DNA of 24,399 nt from assembly GCA_905261645.1 (NCBI GenBank), contig CAJNOV010017209.1:92316-116714 (forward strand). Reading direction: 5' to 3'. The stretch is from Rotaria magnacalcarata (Eukaryota). The stretch's first letter is position 1; every line of letters starts with the position of its first letter. This document shows, in pieces, positions 1-11,410 of this stretch. The notes beneath the pieces are model-generated. The model did no database searches, was not told the origin of the DNA, and was given only the letters and a program-made list of their open reading frames with translations. Both the position numbers and the translations under genes were made by a program.

Positions 1-55
1 GGGGAAATGCTTTTCAATTTTCGGATTTTCGGATTTTCCTGGGATTTTTCGGATT

Positions 56-1721
56 TCAAAATCCCGAAAATCTACCTTTTCCCCCTTGATTGCGTACACT
101 ATCAACTCGTTTTTGTTTTGTCAAAAGTTCATTAGCCGACGATGGTTTCAAATTCAATGTAGCATAAAAATCTCGTTGTAATTCAATATAATCATGTTTA
201 TATTCTTCGAATTGATCATAGTCAATGCCTTCTATTTCACCGTTGATCGTTGATCGCAATGATAAGCCAGGAATACGATTCATCATCAATAAAATAATGA
301 CAGTCACACCAAAACTCTAAGCAAAACCAGCAGCTAAAATATATAGATTAAGACAGATAAAACGATAAGGAGAAAATCTGACAGCGATTATCCTGAAAGT
401 TAGAACTTACATGCAAATACTAATTGATGAGTAGCTTGTTTCCAACAGCCATCTATCCATCCACCACAGAAGGTAATTTCATCTAGTTCTGGAATATATT
501 TTTGTGCAAATATACCTCTTAATATACAACCAACAGAACCTCCAATGACATGCTGTGCAAAAATATCAAATTGATCATCAATGTGAAGAATAGTTGTTAT
601 TGTTCGTCCGAAATAGACAAATGTACTACCAAAAATACCAAATACCAATGATGCAGGTATACTAGCATAACCAGAGCCAGGTCTAATGCAAACAAGACCA
701 ACCGTTGAACCCATACAAAATCTAACAAGAGAAAAATTATATTTTGAACTCAAAAGAAAATAATCAAGAGTACACCAAGTTAAACTACTCATGCACGCTG
801 ATAGATGGGTTACAATGCAAACTAGGACTGTACGAACATTAATAACTAGTCCACTGACTCCATTGAAAAACCAAACCAGCCAAACCAAATCAATATAGTT
901 CTCATAAATACATTATTTATATTATGTGGTTTATGTATAGAAGTATTATTCGTAGTTGCGTGACGTTTTCCAAGCAGTAAATTATAGGCAAGTGATGATG
1001 TAGCAACTTGTATATGTATGGGCACGCCACCTGCATAATCTAATGAACAGAGTGAACGAGCCCAACCATTTTGTGACCAAATCCAATGTGATACAAAGTT
1101 ATAGACAAGCGTACACCAGATGAAAGTGAAAATAGTTGTTGGCCACATACGAGCACGTTCAGATACGGCGCCAGTTAAAGCTGAAAAAACATAAATATTC
1201 AAATTCGCTTTTGACAGATTGAAACATATCTTCTTTCATACCTGTTGTTGCTGCGGCAATAAACATGAGATGAAATAAATAATAAGCAATCGTCGGTATC
1301 GTCGTTTTATTAATTGGTGATTCATTGAGTATATTTTTCAGAGTAATATGAGCTAAATCACCAATGGATGCTGAACCCGATCGACTGAAACTTAACGAAT
1401 AACCAAATAGAAACCACTGAAAAGATATAAGAACGTATTAAATTGTGAAATCCTCTGACGAATCAATCTAACCAGTTTGTACTACAATATCTCATTGGCG
1501 AAAAACATTTCCTAACCCTCTTCGCTGATGGCGCAAATAGAAATTAGGAAAGTAAATACAAACCTACATTGTAGTAACCAAAACAGACATCAGACTTGGT
1601 CATAAAAGTGGAAGAGCACTTTTGCGTTTTGTCATGCCTGAATAGTAAAGGCCACTGCCCGGTATCATAATCCAAACAAGTACGGTTGAAATTAATACCT
1701 ATACTGAATCAGCAGAATCAG
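56..1721 (-). pseudogene. Ammonium transporter (Amt/MEP family) pseudogene, multi-exon
   Basis: Reverse-strand translation is colinear with Amt/MEP: DSV*VLISTVLVWIMIPGSGLYYSGMTKRKSALPLL*PSLMSVLVTTM* | WFLFGYSLSFSRSG | ALTGAVSERARMWPTTIFTFIWCTLVYNFVSHWIWSQNGWARSLCSLDYAGGVPIHI...LLLGKRH...ILIWFGWFG[frameshift]FFNGVSGLVINVR...HVIGGSVGCILRGIFAQKYIPELDEITFCGGWIDG | SAGFA*SFGVTVIILLMMNRIPGLSLRSTINGEIEGIDYDQFEEYKHDY. Likely exons (minus): 1564-1721, 1243-1416, 411-1180, ~56-333, with GT/AG borders. In-frame stops at 1699-1701, 1600-1602, 1564-1566 and 317-319; frameshift at the A5/T5 run 866-870. Confidence 0.85.
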
Positions 1722-2373
1722 CTATAAAGATACAAAGAAAAAAAGTCAATAATCTATTAACTGTGTTAGAATTTTATTGAAGAAAATAATTATTTTGTTA
1801 GAGGTTGGAAAATTGTCATCGGTCTTCAGTACAATAGAGAGTCGTGAAAAAACATTTCTTCGATTTATTTTAGAAAGAATGTCCACGAAACTTCAAACAT
1901 CGTTTAAAAACATATATGTTCGAATCTCTTGTTATGGTAGATGTGAAAACTCACCTGCCATTACGGTTGTCGCCTTTAGCCAAAATGAGATGATTAGAAG
2001 AAAGAATCCAGAACACTATTTTTTACCACATTCAATTATCCATGATTAAATGGAATGTGTTGGTTGGCTGCTGTCCTATAAATAAATAACTTTGTATTTA
2101 AAATGTTTTTATTATTTGCTGGTTTGATTTATTCTTTATGACATTTTTATCATGACTTATTTTATATCGAGTACACGATCAATAGACTGAATGGATCGCA
2201 ACGGCTCACGGCTATTAGTAATCTAAAAATTCTTGGTGATCATTCCAATTGATGTTCATTTTCCTACGGGAAATTCGCACAGAAAAATAATCATAAAATA
2301 CCACTATAGATTTATATCTTATTTTGACGACGGAGAACTTGAAAGATGAATTAAATAGGCGTGTAAATCGGAC

Positions 2374-2760
2374 TAGGGGTGCACCAAATCCAATTCCTGG
2401 ATTTAACTGGAGTTGGATTTGGTTACGGATGTCATCATGCCAATACGGTATTAAGGTATTGGTAGTGGGCTGATAGTAGGTCGATTGAAAAAAAAAATCA
2501 TACTTCTAATTGGCGGAAAACATGAAAATTTTCAAAATTTTGATTTTGATTTATCTTAGCCAAAGTGGGGTATTTTGATAAAATAGCGGTATGTTTTAAG
2601 GTTTGATCAAAGGTTTTCGGGGTCAAGGAATCGAACTGGATTACCAAATTTTGAAAATTTTCATGTTTTTCGGCAACGCAGATGGATGTTTTTTTCAATC
2701 GACCTGCTATCAGCCCCAATATCAATACCCCAATACAACTTTGGTATTGTGACACCCCTA
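2374..2760. mobile_element. Non-autonomous hAT-like MITE (387 bp)
   Basis: Perfect 8-bp TSD AATCGGAC at 2366-2373 and 2761-2768. Perfect terminal TAGGGGTG ... CACCCCTA. Imperfect subterminal inverted repeat: GGGCTGATAGTAGGTCGATTGAAAAAA ... versus reverse complement GGGCTGATAGCAGGTCGATTGAAAAAA, followed by AAAAACATGAAAATTTTCAAAAT on both sides. Confidence 0.88.
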
Positions 2761-3642
2761 AATCGGACCGAACTATTTGAATTTAAAAAAAGTCTAAACT
2801 CTGCGAACAAGCTGTTAACAACAGAGCTTGGTATCATGTGCAATATTCTAGTTATGATCGATTACCTTGTTGTTATCTACATTTAACACTCGCGTGTGAC
2901 TGTTTAGTTTGTCGAAAACTTGAATACCAAATATGTACAATAATATGAACTTTAATCTACAATTACTTCGATTATTTTTCGCTGAATTTATAAATAGAGT
3001 CGTCAAGATTCTTCTGGTGATTATAAGTTTAATTCTAGTAAGTTGAACTTACTACGTAATCTACTGGTGCAGCTGACATAATCATCAAAAGTGCCTTGCT
3101 TGAATAATTTATGCGGAAAAATTAAAACACCACTGAACATTGATCTCGGAAGATAAGCTCTTAAATATTTTGTTCGTGCTAATAAACAAGTAACGTTTAT
3201 CGACATCAAAAGTCGATTCATTGGGCCCTAGACTGGCAGTGCTGAGGAGAAGAAATGCATGGACAGAACAAAAAATCGGCTGTTTGTGCCAGCAAGTGGT
3301 GATGATATTTTCAAACAGGCCTGTAAAGGGAGTGGGAATAAGTGAAACTGAGGTAAGAATTAGACGAAAATTAAAGGTTTCAAGTAAAAGTACTAAAGGT
3401 GAAGACGAAACACGGACAGAATGGGACTCAAAGGCCCTTAAGGCGGTGGAGAGATTGAGTCTTACCTAGCCACAAAAATGCAGGGTTCAGAAATTTCGTG
3501 ATGGCTAGCTCAAAGTTCCGTAGGGGGATCAGCTCGCTCCCTCCACTGACCACATATCCAGAGCGGACTGTTTCCCATGACCATATCATGCAGTCGCCCA
3601 TGGTTTGTGTTGTAACAATGCCCTAAGTGCCATAAAAAAAAA

Positions 3643-3725
3643 GGTCATTTGTACCACCGAAATGGTCATTTGTTCCAAAGGAATGGTCATCTGTGCCACA
3701 GGAATGATCGTTTGTGTCATTGTTA
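3643..3725 (+). repeat. Degenerate 21-bp tandem repeat, ~4 copies
   Basis: GGTCATTTGTACCACCGAAAT / GGTCATTTGTTCCAAAGGAAT / GGTCATCTGTGCCACAGGAAT / GATCGTTTGTGTCATTGTTA at exact 21-bp spacing. Confidence 0.85.
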
Positions 3726-4201
3726 CAGACAGACAGACACAGGTAAGTTACGGTTTCTAGACCCTATCCTTTCAGTCTAGGGAATTGCTCCTATTCCTAT
3801 CTGTAGGAGAAACGGTGACGCAAATTCATTTCTAAGTACAACTCACCCGTTCGTGTGGGAAGAACGGCATGAGGTGTCGTCTGTATACTACACTAATGAT
3901 GACACGATTTCTCGATGACGTATTTTCGCCTGCAATGATCAAAGAATATCTCAGTGGCTGTATCTGTTTGTACTCGATCGTGTAACGAAAATATTTTTCT
4001 GCATTGTTGAATATAAATCAACAAAATTACGTTGTTCTTTATTTATGTATTTCAATGATGTTCATATATATGCTGCATTGAGATTATAAGAGATAAAAGG
4101 TTAAAATAACTAAATCTACAGAAAAAAAGGACGAGATTCTTCTTTTTTTTCTTTTCTTGCATTGTAAACAAAACACATATATATATATTTTTTTAAAGCT
4201 A

Positions 4202-6304
4202 TCAATCCCGTTTTTTTCCATCATATCCTTTCATTTGTCCATCGTTACTAAAGCCATCTTTTTTCGTAGTCATTAATGCGTTTGAAGTACTTGACGGTGA
4301 AAGACCACCTGATGATATTACGAGATTCTGTGGAGTTGTTAAACTATTGTTAATAGTTGCACGTCGATATGCATCGGACTAAAACAGAAAAATATAAGAT
4401 GAATGATGAACGGATTTTTTATTTTTCTATCGAATATTTACGATTGTTTCTATCCAACTATTGAATAATAAACCGGATGAAAGATTTTCAAATGGCATGA
4501 AAGGATCGTATTGTTTAAAGAACGATGTTATTATTCGTACATAGATAAATATTGAAGCAACACACAGATAGATTAATTCATGTTGAAATCGTAATAATTC
4601 AATACGATATAATAAAAATACCAATGAAGAAAGAAAACATGCTTTTGTTGCACTAAAATAATTAAAAGGGAAATTCAAGAAGTTGGATGTAAACTTTCTC
4701 ATAGCAACAGTTAGAAATCTACAGTTTTACACTAGATGTCTTTTTTGATTACTGCAGTCCCGCTATTAGCTAACATGTTTTGAATGAGTGACCATCAACC
4801 GATGTTTACTCAAATTCCTAGGATTAAAAATAGCCATTGCACATAATGTTTCGAGATCAGTCTGACCTCTATTCCATAAATTTCTAGTTACATGCAACCA
4901 GAAAATGATTGCAGATCTGTAAAACTTACAATGATGGAAAAAGAAATTCATGTTGTGCAGGTAGCCATACACCGCGAATCAATCGATCAATCGAAGACAT
5001 TATTGTTTCACCACAACCTAAACAGCATGAGTTAAAGAATGTTTTTACTATTCATCTATACCTCTAATAGCTCCGATGAGTATAACAATAATATAACTAT
5101 CGGGATATAAAGATAAAGTTAGACGAACACCGTCATAAATTGTTTTCGTCCGCCGAATTTCTTTTCCAATGCCAATCACAAGACGAATAGGTAGAAATCG
5201 TAATAAATAATTAATAAAATCGAACGGAAAATAAAATACAAAGTACCAACAGACTGTAGCTAATAGAAGATGTTGATGTTGAATAAAGTCTTTCAATGGA
5301 CTTTCACCAAGTAGAAAATTCGTTAGAATAGAACCGGAAAAACATAGTAATACTGTTGATAACCAACATGATAAGGGATGACGACGAGTAAAATTTTGTG
5401 TGGCTATACAAACAAAACAAAAATTAACAATAATATTACGAGGCGAAAAACAACTCAAACTAGTTTATTTCGGCTGCAGGGTATGAGCGACATATGTGCT
5501 TGTCATACCGTATGATGACATATGGACACGAGTCTATCAATTGGCTCGTCAGAATCTTGTCTGTTTTCCTCATGAAGTGAAAAAAACAAGAATACTTATA
5601 GGTCCAGTTGTACTGCAACAATTCATCGGAATATCTCAGTAGTACAGTGGAGTCAATTGAAAGAATAAGAACAACAATAGAATAGCTGAAACCAAAAAAT
5701 CGACTAATCGAGCCAGACAAAAAAAAAACATTTATATCTAAGTTTATAAATTTTAGTCTATGGTCAACAAAAATTGAACTAATGCAAATAAACTGTTTTC
5801 GCAATTTTTAATATACAGATCTTTTTCTTTTCCATATCTGTTCCTATTTACAGCTATCGCTATTATCAAAGATAAACCGAGCAATAAGTTCATCGCTTTT
5901 TCGTATACGTAATAGATATGTTAAAATAGCAATTAATTTTTCCCTACTGATCACTATCTCTAGCATTAATCACAGAACTAATTGCAAGCTGAATAATATA
6001 CAAGAGTCAAAATCTGTACCGTATATCATCATGTAAGAAGTTAACTACCAGATGGATAATCTGCAGCAAACGTATATGCGCATAATGCTAACTGTCTAGA
6101 TTTATCATAAAATGTACCCAATACATCCAACTATATTTAGATCTCGTTCGTTTATTATTCAAAAATTTTCTCACCTGCTTGGCATTGTTGAATATCATCT
6201 CGTACTTGTATAGCAATTAATAGATAATGACATATATCGAACAATGGATATAATCGTATTTGTGATAACTGTGATCCGATATAGATTAATAATTCTTTAT
6301 TCAT
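4202..6304 (-). CDS. TRIC (trimeric intracellular cation) channel, TMEM38-like, 5 exons, 315 aa
   Basis: Gene model complement(join(4202..4378,4442..4652,4930..5017,5062..5403,6175..6304)), 948 nt, all borders GT/AG and phase-consistent. Protein: MNKELLIYIGSQLSQIRLYPLFDICHYLLIAIQVRDDIQQCQAATQNFTRRHPLSCWLSTVLLCFSGSILTNFLLGESPLKDFIQHQHLLLATVCWYFVFYFPFDFINYLLRFLPIRLVIGIGKEIRRTKTIYDGVRLTLSLYPDSYIIVILIGAIRGCGETIMSSIDRLIRGVWLPAQHEFLFPSFATKACFLSSLVFLLYR... Matches TRIC landmarks (RRHPxxSWL, LLGExxxxF, KEIxRxxKxxxGV, RGVWxP, PTKAxL-like). The C-terminal exon encodes a polar tail ending KGYDGKKRD*. Confidence 0.92.
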
Positions 6305-6344
6305 TTTACTTTCTGCTTCAAAATATCACCGACTCATTCAATAC

Positions 6345-6371
6345 GAAAAAGAAAAGAAAAGAAAAAGAAAA
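6345..6371 (-). promoter_or_regulatory. Polypyrimidine tract between hydrolase stop and TRIC start (possible splice/trans-splice acceptor region)
   Basis: The minus strand reads TTTTTCTTTTTCTTTTCTTTTCTTTTTC-type sequence within the 75-bp gap, followed by AG dinucleotides before the TRIC ATG. Sequence is direct; function is inference. Confidence 0.4.
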
Positions 6372-6379
6372 ATCTAAAA

Positions 6380-7498
6380 TCAAAATTCGCATTTCATTAT
6401 TCTTTCATCTTCGCATGTTTTAGCTTCAAATAGAAGTTTTTCTTCTGTCTTGGAACGTTTTACTAATATTATACTTTCACCTTGTGCCTGAATATCATTC
6501 ATTATATTTAATATACCTTGACAACAAACAACGCCATAACCAATTAAATCATTTCGTCTATCTAAACTATCAAATCCACGATTTATTGCATAATGAAACC
6601 ATGCATTCGGTAACGAAAAAGTATTTAAATGATTCTTATCGACATCGTTCGGTGGATCAACACTAGAATCATAACCAGGCCACGGTATTTTCCAATGGCC
6701 AATATTTAAAGCAACAATAATAAAAAGAAAACGTCGTTTAGATGAAAATTGAATTTTATTATATTGCTCATAGACTTGTGGCATCCAACTGTCAGCACAT
6801 ATGAGTACGCCAATATCAATATTCGTATTTGGAATGGAATAGATCAATGGTCGATTTTCATAACAATCAATAAAACTTATTTCATCTTGAACAGGGTATC
6901 TTTTACCCGATTGAAGACAAATCGAACCATGCTTAGGCTCAAATACGCACGACATATTGTAGAATTTTCTCTTTTGAAGATTTTCATAGGCAAAATTCGA
7001 ACCAGCAACTATAGTAGAATTGGTTTCAAGAGATAATTCACTAAATAATCGTTTATAAATAGTAGACGTTTGATCAGCAAAAAGACTAAACCAAGCACGT
7101 TTTATTAAACCTAACCATGATGTTTTGGAATGATAATTTCGATAGATTTCTTTGCAAAATAAACGCATATGAGTTAATAATGTATACGATATAAATAATA
7201 TCTGACGATTATATTTGCTATTATGATTATTAAAAAAATAATTACGTAAAAATGTTGGCATCGGAACACACATTAAATAAAGCCATGTACCTGTACATTC
7301 GGGTAGAATAACAAGTGTAGGACGTTCTGCACGGATTTCATTAAATGAATTATCAGTCGTTCTCGTTGATTCGGATTTAATACTAAGACGAATACGTTCG
7401 AGAAAATACTGTTTTAGAATAGGATAAGATTGATAATGATACTGAGTTAAAGAAGTTTGTAGACAAATTATTTGTAATGCTTCGCCTTGTTCTTCCAT
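6380..7498 (-). CDS. Carbon-nitrogen hydrolase / nitrilase-superfamily protein, 372 aa, intronless
   Basis: Single intact ORF with nitrilase-superfamily landmarks: RPTLVILPECTGTW (catalytic Glu), EPKHGSICLQSGKRYPV (Lys region), IDIGVLICADSW (catalytic Cys context). Confidence 0.78.
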   Translation of the reverse strand: MEEQGEALQIICLQTSLTQYHYQSYPILKQYFLERIRLSIKSESTRTTDNSFNEIRAERPTLVILPECTGTWLYLMCVPMPTFLRNYFFNNHNSKYNRQILFISYTLLTHMRLFCKEIYRNYHSKTSWLGLIKRAWFSLFADQTSTIYKRLFSELSLETNSTIVAGSNFAYENLQKRKFYNMSCVFEPKHGSICLQSGKRYPVQDEISFIDCYENRPLIYSIPNTNIDIGVLICADSWMPQVYEQYNKIQFSSKRRFLFIIVALNIGHWKIPWPGYDSSVDPPNDVDKNHLNTFSLPNAWFHYAINRGFDSLDRRNDLIGYGVVCCQGILNIMNDIQAQGESIILVKRSKTEEKLLFEAKTCEDERIMKCEF

Positions 7499-10400
7499 TT
7501 CACTAAAAGGCTATTCATTAGTCAATATGAACAAAGTATTTTGTGTTTTCTGTCCTTGTATTAGCAAAGAAAAAGAAGAGAAAAAAAGAGGTATCTATTG
7601 GTTATTGACGTCGTTTATTGCTGTGCATCGCTCGCTAACCTCATTATCTTGTATGTTATGAAGAAAAGAAAGACTTTTTCTCTCCTCCTCCTCCTCCTAC
7701 TGCCCTGACTGATATCGTTTTTAGCTTGCTGATAAAAGAAAAACCACAGAAGAAAAAAACAATATGCTGATATATATATCGGGAGATATATAGCGAGTAA
7801 AAAGAGAACTATTACAGCGTTTTGGTAAATATTATAACGAAAGAGGGAGTGACAAGAAATATTGATGTAGAAAATATATGGAATATATTCACCCGAAGCA
7901 TCAGATGAGTAAATAACACGCTAGAGGAAAGTTTGGTGATTCATAAGTTATGTTAGAACTACGTAACGGAATAGGTCTCGATGGCAGGACATGATACAAT
8001 AGAGGCGTTAATAATTTAAGATAAAGAAAAATGGGATTTGAAAACTAATTTCTTTTATTTACTGTATGATGAGATATTTAGACATTAGAGATAATATAAT
8101 TTGTCAGTACGGTCCTTGTGGAGTTGAAATGTGGAAGTTCTTCATTCAAGGATGATCGATTGATGGAGAAATAATCTCTCCTGTTTCGAACATAATCGTT
8201 TTTTCTTTTATTACTATCGTTCTATATTTTGTTTTTGTTCTTGCCATCAACGAGGTTATTTTTCTTATTCTAACCATTGATTTGATTGGCAAACACGCCT
8301 GTTGTTGATATCTATTATATCTAGAGTAACTCTCAACGTACTAAAATATGTCTCGATAAAATCAGATACATGGTTATTAATTATTTCGAAGTTATAACTT
8401 CTTAGACTTTTAGTGGTAGAGTCTCTCTACGATTCAAGTAATTGTTAATACGAATATGAGTAGAATTGATATTTAGAAGACATTATTATTATGCTGAAAG
8501 GTTTGGTTACTGTGTAAAACTTCTTATTTGTTATTGGTACTGTTTCCCACGCATACGAGAGAGAGAGAGCGAGGAAGTTTGATATTATATATCGATATTT
8601 ATTATTAATCAAATTATTCTATTACTCTGGAAAGCTTTGTATGCGCAGCGATAGATGATATGATTCGTGCAAAAATGTCTTGAAACGTCTCTGAATCAAT
8701 GAGGTAGTAATGAAAATCGTTAAGAAATTTTTGTCCTTGGCCATAGCGAAAGATATGTTTGACTTGTACTTAATTATTTGATTAGAATGCGAATAAAATG
8801 TGTTTATTATCAAACTAGTTGCTATTGTTTCTTTTTGTCAATAGCGACAGATTTAACACTTCGAATTCAGATATTCAATTTCGTTAACAATCGTGCAGGT
8901 TTAATATTTTTTTTTCGTCTGAAGAAAACCAATCATTCACAATGAAATTTTGACGAATTCATTGCGTTCTAGACGCCTAACAGAGTTATGGCAAGCGGTT
9001 CCTGTACGAATACACTATTTCAGTGATTCTGCAAAACGATACAAGTAGCTGATTAGTCTTCGCAAGAAAACTAAAAGAGGCGGAGACACTCTCGTTAGCT
9101 TCTGTTTGATATATCTCGGAGAAAACAAATACGTACTGAATGAATTGGCTCCGTCAAAGTCGATATTAATAGATTTCAATCATCTATTGTCTACCATTTA
9201 CATTCATAACGACCAATATCATCCGAAGAATCTTGACTCCATAAACAATCTGTTTGCCAAAGAAGTATGAAAAAGAAGATAAATGTAAGAATTAAAACGA
9301 TCGATCCAATGAGTTGAATACAGTATAGAAATTTTGAACAACTCATCAACAATATATTAAGCGCCTATAATTATACGAATTTTCTATATGGTTTTTTTTA
9401 AAACCAATATATCGATGCATACAGAAAACAGAAATACCTACTGATGTTATATTTTTACAGTTGAATAAAAGAAATAGTGCCTTGTTTGTTTAATCAAGAC
9501 AGATGAAAGATAAATTTGGCAAACACATAACCATACAGCACTTCTCTAACATTGTGTATGTCTCTTTGCATATAAACCATCCGAATCGGAAGATATTAAG
9601 AAAAACAATGGCCGCATATGTATTCCAGTATGATTTTTGCAATGCCTAATTAATTTATCTATGAATTACGTGTCTAAAATTCGAGCAATGGAATGATTAT
9701 GTTTTCCAAGGCAAAAATATTTTTCTTTACGAGCTGGAAGTTATTCTGATAAACATATTATAGAATATTCCCAGGTATCAATCTGCTTATGAGCTAAGAC
9801 CTTGTACATCAACAATACTACATAAAGCATTTATGTTTATAATAAGATATCGCATATCATTAAAATTGCCGATTGTGATAGTCGAGGAACAACGCGTCCA
9901 GAGCCTCTGAAATACATCGGCAAATAATTTAGACAGTAATTTCCTTAGGAATCTTGAATGATACTTACATACTGATATTGCCACTAACATAGATGTCATC
10001 GAATTCAGCTTTCGATTCATTTTCTCATGTGAGCGCTAGCTTCTTTCGTTAATTTCATTTGTAGTATATATTCGTCATACAGGTTAATCTGCAACTATTA
10101 CTAACGTATTAGCATGACATTTTGGCATTCGAAAGTACTTCATGCATTGCTGGTTTGGATCTTTTGTCGTAGTGTGAAAATTCTAGATACAAAGCCGGAC
10201 TGACATACAGATAAGCATCTATATATATTTTTATGTTGATATTTAAGCGGGAGAAGTTGAGACAATTCTAATTTTTGCTACATAGCCGAAAGATATTATA
10301 CTACTAAGAACTAAAGCATTTATCAAATATACTTGTGTATCTTTCCGTCGGGGCATATCATTCAAAACTAATGCATAGAAAACCATATAACTTACAATGC

Positions 10401-10846
10401 CGATTTTTCTGTTCTTGTTCTTTTCGAAGCATTATCTATCAGCCTAGACCATTTTCAGGAGCTCGTGTGCAAGACATTGACGTTATGTATATCTTACAAT
10501 TGTAATGAGAGTGATATATACGTCTTTTTATGTTAGTCAAGTTGCTAATATACCGCTATATAATCGTATTTAACAGTCTTTTCTTAATACTCATCGTTTA
10601 AGAAGACATGCCTCGAAGTTAGCTAAAGATTAGTTTATCGAATAAAAGAGAGAGAGAAAAACCAGAGCAATCGTATTTTTAGTAGATAATATGAATGAAG
10701 ATACCACATGCAAATGTTTATATGTTGTAATATGGTAGTCGCGCGGATGTCATCATTCATTATAGAAAATCAAGATAAATATATATTTACATTTCTAGTT
10801 TGTATTCATCATTTCGTATTTTTGGAGTCTTGTTCGTTGGGGGCAA

Positions 10847-10893
10847 GTGTGTGGGTGTGGTTTGGATTAAGATACGAAACCCACACCCACACG
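10847..10893. repeat. Short hairpin of TGTGGG-type motifs
   Basis: GTGTGTGGGTGTGGTTT (10847-10863) pairs with AAACCCACACCCACAC (10877-10892) across a ~13-nt loop. Confidence 0.75.
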
Positions 10894-10976
10894 TCCTTGA
10901 TTCAAACTATCACGATGCATTGTATTGTAAATAGCTAAACATACAACATGCTCTATTTGAGTATCTGTAAAACCTT

Positions 10977-11037
10977 CTGTGGGTGTGGGTTCAGAGAAGA
11001 TAAACTACAAAGCCAATCCACACCCCACACCCACACC
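10977..11037. repeat. Second inverted pair of TGTGGG-type motifs
   Basis: CTGTGGGTGTGGGTT at 10977-10991 and CCACACCCCACACCCACACC at 11018-11037. Confidence 0.75.
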
Positions 11038-11410
11038 GTAGATTGTCAGCGGTTCAAAATGTTAGAAATAAAAGGGTGCAATCCAAAATTGAGCGAGAAT
11101 GGTGCCTATGATGAAAAATGACTGCTATACAAAAAATTTTACAACATCCAAACCAAAGAAAAGCAGACTAATCAAACACGATCGACGTGTTATTTTGTTG
11201 ATTTCACTAATCTATTGACTTTTATTTCATGGCAGTTGTTTCATATACGTGATCGTCGCTCGCAATACGGACGACTATATAGACAAAAATATCATGGAAT
11301 CAGATACCTATTCCACACTATGATAGCACAACTAACTCGTTCTCCCTCAATAGATGCTGATGTGATCTAGTGTGCGCTGATTTTGATTGTCAGAGGAAGA
11401 TAGTTTGGAG

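Noticed and set aside
1777-2049. 90-aa plus-strand ORF (MKKIIILLEVGKLSS...)
   Set aside because: No recognisable domain or neighbour exons; the length is expected by chance.
2498-2886. Three short ORFs (85, 60 and 66 aa)
   Set aside because: They mostly lie inside the inverted repeat of the hAT-like MITE, and overlapping opposite-strand ORFs are a by-product of it.
3221-3469. 82-aa plus-strand ORF rich in basic residues
   Set aside because: No family similarity recognised and no splice context; probably chance.
4653-4702. Start of the MRKFTSNFLNFPFNYF ORF as the TRIC exon beginning
   Set aside because: The phase-correct acceptor at 4653-4654 gives PSFATKACFL, matching the family, so the upstream part is intron.
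5460-5804. 114-aa minus ORF with hydrophobic residues near TRIC
   Set aside because: Lies entirely in TRIC intron 1; exon 1 (6175-6304) splices directly in phase to 5403.
6484-7036. Plus-strand ORFs opposite the hydrolase
   Set aside because: Antisense shadows of a well-supported minus-strand CDS.
8571-8600. GAGAGAGAGAG microsatellite
   Set aside because: Very short simple repeat of no particular interest.
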